42,968 nucleotides of DNA, taken from a virus (lineage: Duplodnaviria > Caudoviricetes). Positions within the stretch are counted from its first letter, which is position 1. Every line of letters starts with the position of its first letter. This document shows positions 35,801 to 42,968 of this stretch, in pieces. A program made the translations under genes and the position numbers. The notes beneath the pieces are model-generated. The model was given only the letters and a program-made list of their open reading frames with translations, ran no database searches and was not told where the DNA came from. Location: positions 1 to 42,968 of IMG/VR virus record IMGVR_UViG_3300004213_000014; one strand, 5' to 3'.

Positions 35801-37837
35801 GAGAGCGCGCGGGCAGTCGTCGCAGAGGTCGATCGCCGGCTGGCGCGCGGTGGCCCGAACGATCCGGCAGTCGCGCAGCTGAACGAATGGAAGAGCCGGG
35901 CGCAGGCCGTCGTCACCGGCGTTGCCGCCGCGCTCGCGCCGACCAAGGACGAGATCAAGGAAGCCAACAAGGTCGAGAAGCAGCCCAAGATTACGCAGGC
36001 TGACATCGACGGGCTGGGCAAGGCGCTGGGCCTTGCGATGGGTCGTGGCCATGACGACAGCCCGGCGGCGCGCGCGCGGCAGGACGCCATGCATCGGCGC
36101 GGGCTGACCCCGGCGACGGGTAACACCTCCGGCCATACCGCGCCGGGCGGTGTCGCGCGCGACTTCCGCACGGGTCCGATCAGTAACGAGCAGGGCGCGC
36201 GTCTTGAAGCGGCGGCCAAGAAGTATTTCGCCGATAACGGTATCACCGGGCTGTTCATTCAGTATGAGAACGGCAAGGGCAAGGGGCAGGGTACTGGCCC
36301 GCATCTGCATGTCAGCGCCCGTCGTAATGCGCGCCGCACCGGCCCCGCGTCGGACGGCGGCGATGCGCTCGCCATTCAGGACGCGCTGAACCAGTCGCAG
36401 ACCCAGATCGACCAGCGCACCTATTCGACGGCGCTCAAAAACATCAAGGGCACCGCGACGCAGGAGCTGTTCCAGTCGACGGTCACCGCCGCGCAGACGG
36501 CGCTCGACAAGCTGTCGGCCGACCTGATGCGCGACGCGCTGAACGACCTCGCCAAGCAGGGCATCGTCAACGATGCCGACCCGCGCTTCCAAGAGCGGAT
36601 GACGCAGGTCAAGGAAGCGATCGCCCAGAACAAGGAGCAGTTCCAGCAGGCGGTTGCCGACGGTCTCATCAAGTCGACCGAGCGCCAGATCAAGGCGGCG
36701 CAGACGGCGTTCGACCTGTCGATGAAGCCGTTCGACGACCGGCTCGCCGCCGCGCAGGGGTCGGTCGCCGGCCTCGGTCTGTATTCGAACCGCTTCACGC
36801 CCGACTACGTCACCCAACTGGCCCAGAGCCGCGTCAGCCAAGCGCAGGAGGCGCAGGTCCGCGCGCGCGCCGCGTCACTGCCGACGCTGATCTCGAACGA
36901 CGAGGGCACGCTCGCCAGCCTGCAATCGCAGATGGCCAGTGGTTTCGGTAAGGACGGCACCCCGCTGGAAGGCAACGCGCTGGAGACGGTGCGCCAGAAG
37001 GTGCAGGAGCTGACCAAGTCGATCGCCGACCTGCGGACCGAGAAGTCGAACCTCGACGCGCAGCTGGGCGCGAGCGGGCTGGTGCCGACGACGTTCAGCG
37101 ATGGCCTCACGCAGGCGATCGAGAACTTCCGTCAGGCGCACAACCTGACGCAGACGTTCAAGCAGGACGTGATCGACAACCTCGGCGGCGCGATCGACAT
37201 GGTCGCGAGCAGCCTGACCGACATGTTCACCGGCATCCTGACCGGCACGCAGTCGGCAATCGGCGCGTTCGCGAACTTCGCCAAGTCAATCATCCGGTAT
37301 ATTCAGGAAATGGTCGCCAAGATCATTGCCTCGAAGATCCTCGGCATGCTCATCAATCTCGTTGGCTCGTGGGTGGGTAGCAACGTCGGCCCATCGACCA
37401 GCACCACCGTACCGGGCAATCCCGAGGGGTCGAGTTCTTTCTTCGATTTCGGATCACTTGGCAGCTTCAACGGTGGACCGGCTGGTGCGCCGATTGGTCG
37501 CTTGCAGGGCGGGATCGTTGCCAACGGCAGCGAGGCTCGCGACAGCGTCCAGACGCGTCTTGCCAAGGGTGAGTGGGTGATCCGCAAGAAGGCTGTCGAC
37601 AGCGTCGGTAACGACTTCATGGCTCAGCTCAACGCGCACGGCGCGGGCGCGCTAAAGGCAATGCAGACCGTGCCGGCGCTGCCCAAGCCCGCGCATCAGG
37701 AGACGAATGTCTGGGTGGTCAAGCCCGATCAGCTCCCGCAGCCGGGGCCGCGCGACTTCATTGTCGCGGTGCAGGAAGATATTCTGAGCGGCGGCGAGAC
37801 GGCGAAGCTCATCAAGCACGTCTCGCACGGGGGCTGA
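32858..37837 (+). CDS. tape measure protein (TP901-type core) with possible embedded M15-like peptidase
   Basis: 1659 aa, Ala-rich and helical. FEDELAKLQAI...LAQAG...GTGLRQ core; SGH...ARD...GPHLHV; C-terminal LAKGEWVI. Confidence 0.92.
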   Translation: MAGPTVEEQVVLDADPRALNAAMAAIENKIKTIGGMVTKIVRDAEAGGKAFDNTLIQTLRQYQKAQGALSTLANASNTPSGRIQDLNGNRALARQTIQATEYARELNVARNAVEALQAKINNLNKAAAAGGTITTKQRDQLNNYQQQLTVLKQLDKQFSAMTDKARRMSGVDLSAEIKAVADARDRVAKAALSGRRVNIGTELNGLSDAQAALADRIAAARRAETQALRTSLQARKELAIADVSNLKEVDALERARTNNARKMAEIRAELRTANAAERVGLLENLQIEKARGAQIRSNLSEAQRLARAEGGGGAGGGSAPGRTGIAKYLPAGGLAAVGVRTLAYGGIAGAAFGAVNTVTEGVGFGIQFEDELAKLQAIANATTSQMQTLKASILDVGTSSRFSVIDLTKISQTLAQAGVSAGEMKTVLEAVTTLATASGSTPDEAVNLVTGALGAFQLQASETARVADLMTSALNRTKLTVQQVGQAIQYVGATAFEQNVTLEDLLATVGAMAQAGIKSGSTIGTGLRQLLVDLADPSKKLVEQLKAVGLTAADVNVSVHGEAQVLETLKTAGFGAGQAYAGLETRAAAAYLVLKNNVDVMDQLKLSFAEQGAAATANERAMDSLTAQWQRFKNILADGFSDDLDGLLVRAKDFLRWVNDTMSQKKGADAFSFSVSDPIGTGYGSDRYKNNWGEIGRFFAYENENLLPDTLKSIYKIQNAALDLMTPRFWIGGEGMGQALDRYNKNLGQTHDSMEKLQTKLTGFNEKADKQRGLISEVDKEMSRLSVQHGSLEGHTTRTTAETVTLMSKFEGLSKYLVGVTGDYGSLMNAMRQYRAEASGTMQTILSGQISAQGQVASAALAAGRGVRSRIFGNSALMSQLRPNERAALQQPRDPANARIIAEAGERLNNNDLRELSKQLGINAQALGEQRVATSQLNATMTQNTAAGQSLTDRTAKAEAGLAELAGLNGKARTSKANEARESARAVVAEVDRRLARGGPNDPAVAQLNEWKSRAQAVVTGVAAALAPTKDEIKEANKVEKQPKITQADIDGLGKALGLAMGRGHDDSPAARARQDAMHRRGLTPATGNTSGHTAPGGVARDFRTGPISNEQGARLEAAAKKYFADNGITGLFIQYENGKGKGQGTGPHLHVSARRNARRTGPASDGGDALAIQDALNQSQTQIDQRTYSTALKNIKGTATQELFQSTVTAAQTALDKLSADLMRDALNDLAKQGIVNDADPRFQERMTQVKEAIAQNKEQFQQAVADGLIKSTERQIKAAQTAFDLSMKPFDDRLAAAQGSVAGLGLYSNRFTPDYVTQLAQSRVSQAQEAQVRARAASLPTLISNDEGTLASLQSQMASGFGKDGTPLEGNALETVRQKVQELTKSIADLRTEKSNLDAQLGASGLVPTTFSDGLTQAIENFRQAHNLTQTFKQDVIDNLGGAIDMVASSLTDMFTGILTGTQSAIGAFANFAKSIIRYIQEMVAKIIASKILGMLINLVGSWVGSNVGPSTSTTVPGNPEGSSSFFDFGSLGSFNGGPAGAPIGRLQGGIVANGSEARDSVQTRLAKGEWVIRKKAVDSVGNDFMAQLNAHGAGALKAMQTVPALPKPAHQETNVWVVKPDQLPQPGPRDFIVAVQEDILSGGETAKLIKHVSHGG

Positions 37838-37838
37838 C

Positions 37839-38258
37839 ATGTCTGACACGATCTTCGATTTCTGCCCTGACAGCTATGTGCCGACGACGCTTCCGCCCGA
37901 TGTCGGCACCGGCTTCACGTCCACGACGGGCTGGAACTTCACCTCGCGCCCAACCGCGCCGTACCAGCGCCGGTTCAAGCTGAAGCTGTATGGCCTGCGC
38001 TGGTTTCTCGACGACGCCACCGGTCTGTACGATGCTGACGAGACGCCGAAGATCAATGCCCGCGCGCTGGAAATTTTCTATGCGAAGCACCAGACGTGGC
38101 TCTCGTTCGTCTTCAACCATCAGCACCTCGGGCCAATGATCTGTCGCTTCGCCAGCGCCGTGCAAGTGCCGGAGGCCGAGCAGAACTCCAACGGGTTGAT
38201 CGCCAACCCGGTCGAGGTCACGCTGATCGAGCACAATCCGGGGTATGGCACATGGTGA
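37839..38258 (+). CDS. putative distal tail protein (gpM-like)
   Basis: 139 aa directly after TMP; LEIFYAKHQTWLSFVF. Confidence 0.65.
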   Translation: MSDTIFDFCPDSYVPTTLPPDVGTGFTSTTGWNFTSRPTAPYQRRFKLKLYGLRWFLDDATGLYDADETPKINARALEIFYAKHQTWLSFVFNHQHLGPMICRFASAVQVPEAEQNSNGLIANPVEVTLIEHNPGYGTW

Positions 38259-38803
38259 GTTTGGCGAGCGTCGGCGAGCGGTTTGAGATCCCCTTCGCGG
38301 TGGTCGAGGGTGGGCAGGGCGTTGTCACCGGCATCCTGTCGGAGACGGACCAGAACGCGCAGCCCTCCTACATCTTCGTGCAGCCGCGGCACGTCTTCCG
38401 CACCAGTTTTCCGACAGCCGCGCGCAACGGCATGGTTCTGCGCTCGCCCAGCGGGTCGCTGTTCATCGTCGGCGCGAACGGCCCCTCCGAGACGTACCGT
38501 GGGTCGATCTGGCAGAGCTTCCGCCTGTTCGAGCCGACCGCCAAGGTGCTGTGGCAGCGCCGCAAGAAGCGTATTGATCCCGTAACGAAGCGCGAGCGTG
38601 AGGACGGTTTGGAAACAATGGGCGAAATTTGGGTCGCGATCGAGCCGATCGATCGCGAGGCTTTCGACGTGACGCTGCGCACCAGCTTCGAGCAGACGCG
38701 CTTTATCACCGGCGCGCCGGTCCAGTCTGACGATCTGGTGGACAACCGGGCCATCACGAAGGTGGACAAGCAGCTCGGACTCTCGATAGGGGTGTTGACG
38801 TAA
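38252..38803 (+). CDS. hypothetical virion protein
   Basis: Start MVSLASVGERF overlaps the previous stop. Confidence 0.65.
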   Translation: MVSLASVGERFEIPFAVVEGGQGVVTGILSETDQNAQPSYIFVQPRHVFRTSFPTAARNGMVLRSPSGSLFIVGANGPSETYRGSIWQSFRLFEPTAKVLWQRRKKRIDPVTKREREDGLETMGEIWVAIEPIDREAFDVTLRTSFEQTRFITGAPVQSDDLVDNRAITKVDKQLGLSIGVLT

Positions 38804-38852
38804 TCCCCAACCACGCCTGGGAAAATTCCCAGGTTCTGCCTAGCGAGAACCA

Positions 38853-41800
38853 GTGGGTCACGTCACGATCAAAGGCGCAAAGGGCGGTGGAAGCAACAGC
38901 TTCAAGCAGACGCCCGACAACCTCCGCTCGAACGACACGTTCGAGGGTGTCCTTGGCGTGTGCATTGGCCCGATCAAGGGGCCAACCCGCGGCCTGAAGT
39001 CGATCAAGCTCGACGGCACCGCGGTTGAGAACGAGACGGGCCAGCTCAATTTTACCGAGTTCGTCGCGACGTTCGGCAACGGCGACCCTGCGCAGTTCCC
39101 GCAGGTCGTGCAGCTGAAGCTCGGCGCGGGCGCTGCGCCGACACAAGTCGGCACTACGCTGGTCAACACCGATGGCGTCGCCGTGCCGGCGACCAAGACG
39201 CTCAACAACACGAACGCCGAGTTCGTGGATCTGCGCTTCATCGTCAACCAGCTGTTCCGGCAGGATGCTAAGGGCATCTACGATCTGACGGCGACGCTCA
39301 AGATCGAGCTGAAGCCGACCGGATCGACGACGTGGATCAACCCGACGATTGGGACGGCCAACGGCAACTACAACCCGACCGGCATCAGCATCCCCAGCCT
39401 GTTCGGCGCGGTGCTGAAAATGCTCGTTCCCGAGACTTATTACGACAAGTACGGGAACCCCAAGGCGGGTCGAGAGAATTACGGGATCACCGGCAAGACC
39501 ACCGGCCCGGCGGTCTACGAGCTGCGCATCGCACTGCCCAACACCGGTGTCTATGCCGATACGGCGTGGGACATCCGCGTTACGCTGCTGGAGCGTGACA
39601 AGTACACCGGCGGCAAGGACAACGCCGACAGTGAGGTCCGGTCGATCCAGTGGGAATCGATCGCTGCCGTCTACGGCAAGACGATGTTTGACCACGAGGA
39701 CACACGCGGCGTCGCGTGGCTGCAGCTCTATGGCAAAGCGAGTGACCAGCTGACTGGCGTGCCCGAGGTGATCGGCGAGTTCGACACCAAGATCGTGCAG
39801 GTGCCGCCGTCGAACATCTTCAACCCCGACACGCGCCAGTACACCAACGAGACGTGGGATGGTTCGTGGGCCAAGGCTTACACGAACGACCCGGCGTGGG
39901 TGATCTCCGACGCGATCAGCGACAGCCTCGCGGGCATCAGCCTCATCGCGCCCGGCTCTTACCTGAACAAGTGGGACGCCCTCGAAATGTCGAAGTGGTG
40001 TTCGCAGCTGGTGCCGGATGGCACCGGCGGCACGCACCCACGCTATAGCCTGAACCTCGCCATCAAGGAGGCGATGAAGGCCGAGGACTTTATCCGCTAT
40101 CTCGCAGGCGCGGTCGGCGGCCTCGCATGGGATCAGGGCGATGGCGAGTGGCGCGTGAAGATGGACAAGCCGGACGTCCCGGTGGACCTGTTCACGCTCG
40201 ACAACATCGAGGGCGAGTTCGTCTACGCGAACACCGACGTCGACACCCGCTACAACGACATCACGATGACCTTCCTCAACGAGGAGATGGACTATCGTGA
40301 GGACCGCGTCCGCGTCTACAACAACGCCTCGATCGCCGCGATCGGCCGCAAGCCGACCACGCTGGTCGCGGTCGGCTGCACCAACCGTCAGGAGGCCATG
40401 CGCCGCGCGCTGATGCGCCTGCTGTCGGCCACCGGCGAGACGCGCGTCGTCAACTTCACCACCAACCGCCGTGGCCGGAACGTCGAACACCTCGACATGA
40501 TCCTCGTCGCCGACAGCGACCTCGGTGACCTCGACAAGCGCACCAACGGCCGCACCATTGCGCTGTCGGCCGATCGGCGCACGATCACCCTGCGCGACCC
40601 GGTCTACCTCGCGCCCGGCATCCAGTACGCCATCCGCTTCGCGGTGCCGAACCCGACATACTCGCCCGCGACCGCGACGCAGCCGACCAGCTCGGACTGG
40701 AAGAAGCCGACGATCACGCAGACGCGCGCCGTTGTTGCGCCGACCGCCACCGGCATGACGGCGACAATCGTGCTTGACACGCCGCTGCCTGAAAATGCGC
40801 CCGATAACCTAGCCGTGGCGCTCGAAGCCGCGAATCTCGTCACGCTGCCCAAGCTCTATCGCGTCACCAACGTCACCTACGACGATGACGGCGAGCGGGT
40901 CGCGATCAGTGCCCTTGAGGTCAAGACCGACAAGTGGCTGCTGTCGGACAACGTCACCAAGCAGGACACCGTCTTCCAAGACACGCGCGGCGCGGTGCCG
41001 GTGCCGTCGCTGGTCGCAGGCAACAACCTACTATCGCTGTATCGCGTGCCGCTAGAGCAGGGCAGTCAGGTAAACCTGCAGGCTAGCTGGGTGCGGCCGG
41101 CAGGCGCGTTCATCAGCGGGTTCCGTGTCCAGTATAGCGTCAACGGCGGTGCGCTCCAGACTGCGGTCGAGCGCCAACAGCTGACTGAATGGGAGCTGCC
41201 CAATGCCGGGCCAGGCTTCTATCATGTTGAGATTACTTCGATTGATCGTCGTGGTGGTTACAGCCTGACGCTGACCGGCGATCTTGAAGTTACTCAGTCT
41301 CTGATCGATGCTACGCAGGTTCGATACAGCACGGGCGAAACTCTTGACGAGATGAAGCCCGCCACGCCCCACGCCACCGAGGGGGCCCCCGACGGCACTG
41401 AAGTTGGTGGCGTGAATGCTGGGGATCTTACCAACCCCGACATCATCACCGGCAAGGAGAAGGCAGAGAGCCTCATCCCGCGCGGCAACGAAGCGCAGGC
41501 TTGGTACAACTCGCTGTCGCTGGCGTTCTCGGCCTTGCAGTCGCCCCCTGCGGCGCTCGGCGCTGGTTTCGCGGCTTTGGTCACCGCCCGCGACTTCTAC
41601 GTGCAGTTCCTTGTTGCCATGCAGCCCGCTTGGGATGACGTGACGCAATCGACCCCGGTCGATCGTGATGACCTGAATACGCTGTGGGAAGCGTACCAGC
41701 AGCACCTGTCCGAGTTCGACACGCTTATGAAGGCAGGGTACGTCGACAACGTACCCGCAGCGGAGCTGGTCGGCAGCGGGTTCGCCAGCTGGCCGGAGAA

Positions 41801-42968
41801 GATCGCCTCGCTGCTTCCGCGCGACCGAGCTATCCAGTCGCGATACGACGAACTGTCGCTCCGCTATGCGGAGGTAATGCCTCGGCTCGGCTATCCACCA
41901 GAGCTGAAGGTGGCTTCCGATCGCCTGGGCGAGGCGATGCGGGCAAAAGGTGCCTACGTCGAGGCACTGGTGCCCTCCATCTACGACATCACCCAGACGA
42001 CGCCGATCGACCGCACGAAGCTGGATGGCCTCTATGACGCGGTCGTGGCCGCCCTCGACGCCCTGGAGACTGCCCTCACGACCGAGCTGACGCGCAAGGT
42101 CGAGGCGTCGTTCTCTGACCTGACCAACCTCGCGAAGGGTGACGACGCCGCAATCGCGAACGGTTCGATTGACACCGAGACTGAGGCGGTGATCGTCACC
42201 GCAGCCGTCGGCACACTGAACCGCGAGCTGGAGAAGCTCGCCGCGCAGGCCGCGCTGCTCAACATTCAGACTGTTGAGCCCTACGGCGCGACCGCCAAGG
42301 CGAAGGCGTGGTCGGACTTGGTCGCGGCCGCGACCGGCCCCGGCGTGTATCCGGCTCCCATCAACAAGGCCGACTATGCAGCGAGGAAGGCGGCGGCGAT
42401 CGCCGCGCGCGACGCTCTCGCGACGAAGATCAACGCCTATGTCGCGGGTGGTGTCGCGACCGGCATCGAGACGCTGAAGACAAATGGCGCGGTCGCACTG
42501 TCGGGAGAAGCGGGCGGTGCGACCGGCACCGGTCAGGGCGTCGTCTACACCACGCTCGCCTACAAGACGCCCAAGCTCGAGGTTGCCTTCCTGCCCGGCG
42601 GTGCGACCGACGCGGGCTTCGTCGATCAGCTGCTCTACGCCCCCAGCAGCGATCGCGGCACGATCAGCTATGGCCTGCGCTACGGCAAGGACACGCAGGG
42701 CGTCTATCGGCTGTGGACCAAGGTCAACGGCGCGATCACGCTATGGAGCAATGAGGCGTTCCCGAACGGGATCGGCGCGCGCATCTCGCTGCTCAGCGAC
42801 GGCACCACGACGACGCTGCTGTTCGAAGTGCCTGAGTCCGCGGTGAGAACGTCGGGCGTGCAGGGCATCCCTGCGGGCACGGCCTATGCCACGAAGGTCA
42901 TCACGCTGGAGGCGGGCTCCAAGTTCTCGCACCTGCGGCTGAGCGGCAGCGACGCTACGCCGTATGAG
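38853..42968 (+). CDS. central tail tip/host-specificity protein, gpJ-like (partial; missing from the ORF track because it has no stop in the window)
   Basis: GTG start MGHVTIKGAKGGGSNSFKQTPDNLRS. YTNDPAWV, VGCTNRQEAMR and an FnIII-like LQASWVRP. The same frame reads sensibly at spot checks to the window end. Confidence 0.88.
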   Translation, partial: MGHVTIKGAKGGGSNSFKQTPDNLRSNDTFEGVLGVCIGPIKGPTRGLKSIKLDGTAVENETGQLNFTEFVATFGNGDPAQFPQVVQLKLGAGAAPTQVGTTLVNTDGVAVPATKTLNNTNAEFVDLRFIVNQLFRQDAKGIYDLTATLKIELKPTGSTTWINPTIGTANGNYNPTGISIPSLFGAVLKMLVPETYYDKYGNPKAGRENYGITGKTTGPAVYELRIALPNTGVYADTAWDIRVTLLERDKYTGGKDNADSEVRSIQWESIAAVYGKTMFDHEDTRGVAWLQLYGKASDQLTGVPEVIGEFDTKIVQVPPSNIFNPDTRQYTNETWDGSWAKAYTNDPAWVISDAISDSLAGISLIAPGSYLNKWDALEMSKWCSQLVPDGTGGTHPRYSLNLAIKEAMKAEDFIRYLAGAVGGLAWDQGDGEWRVKMDKPDVPVDLFTLDNIEGEFVYANTDVDTRYNDITMTFLNEEMDYREDRVRVYNNASIAAIGRKPTTLVAVGCTNRQEAMRRALMRLLSATGETRVVNFTTNRRGRNVEHLDMILVADSDLGDLDKRTNGRTIALSADRRTITLRDPVYLAPGIQYAIRFAVPNPTYSPATATQPTSSDWKKPTITQTRAVVAPTATGMTATIVLDTPLPENAPDNLAVALEAANLVTLPKLYRVTNVTYDDDGERVAISALEVKTDKWLLSDNVTKQDTVFQDTRGAVPVPSLVAGNNLLSLYRVPLEQGSQVNLQASWVRPAGAFISGFRVQYSVNGGALQTAVERQQLTEWELPNAGPGFYHVEITSIDRRGGYSLTLTGDLEVTQSLIDATQVRYSTGETLDEMKPATPHATEGAPDGTEVGGVNAGDLTNPDIITGKEKAESLIPRGNEAQAWYNSLSLAFSALQSPPAALGAGFAALVTARDFYVQFLVAMQPAWDDVTQSTPVDRDDLNTLWEAYQQHLSEFDTLMKAGYVDNVPAAELVGSGFASWPEKIASLLPRDRAIQSRYDELSLRYAEVMPRLGYPPELKVASDRLGEAMRAKGAYVEALVPSIYDITQTTPIDRTKLDGLYDAVVAALDALETALTTELTRKVEASFSDLTNLAKGDDAAIANGSIDTETEAVIVTAAVGTLNRELEKLAAQAALLNIQTVEPYGATAKAKAWSDLVAAATGPGVYPAPINKADYAARKAAAIAARDALATKINAYVAGGVATGIETLKTNGAVALSGEAGGATGTGQGVVYTTLAYKTPKLEVAFLPGGATDAGFVDQLLYAPSSDRGTISYGLRYGKDTQGVYRLWTKVNGAITLWSNEAFPNGIGARISLLSDGTTTTLLFEVPESAVRTSGVQGIPAGTAYATKVITLEAGSKFSHLRLSGSDATPYE

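Larger units (their letters stand above)
8663..38831. repeat. dispersed 14-bp palindrome TGGGAAWWTTCCCA, 10 copies
   Basis: Copies start at 8663, 9947, 11013, 11903, 12228, 12752, 13477, 13928, 29554 and 38818. Confidence 0.92.

Noticed and set aside
1-42968. Integrase, repressor-lysogeny module, DNA-modification cluster, reverse transcriptase/DGR
   Set aside because: No recognisable motifs in this window; lifestyle cannot be determined.

Overview
A 43-kb, GC-rich segment of a tailed dsDNA phage (siphovirus-like). An alphaproteobacterial host is my guess from GC content and style only. 1-13.5 kb is a leftward (- strand) early/accessory region: rIIB (partial), rIIA, a stand-alone WYL protein, an Sm/Hfq-like protein, an HTH protein and many small ORFs. 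It is interrupted by antisense (+ strand) HNH/EndoVII nucleases. 11.9-12.2 kb holds an iteron-like repeat plus a 28-bp inverted repeat (origin-like). 13.5-14.2 kb is non-coding and highly structured. Then come a primase-polymerase/SF3 helicase (-) and the morphogenesis module (+): GpA-like TerL, portal, protease/scaffold, decoration, MCP, neck, tail tube, L/K/I-like tip genes, phosphoesterase, tape measure, distal tail and a gpJ-like protein that runs off the end. Standout observations: (i) a ~310-nt structured RNA candidate in the early leader; (ii) ten copies of the palindrome TGGGAAWWTTCCCA, mostly at gene boundaries; (iii) eight same-strand nucleases with shuffled modules; (iv) a second dispersed motif family (TTRCCSGGTAA); (v) a frameshifting tail-chaperone pair inverted behind an RHH regulator. 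All functional calls come from motif recognition by eye; no database searches were run.
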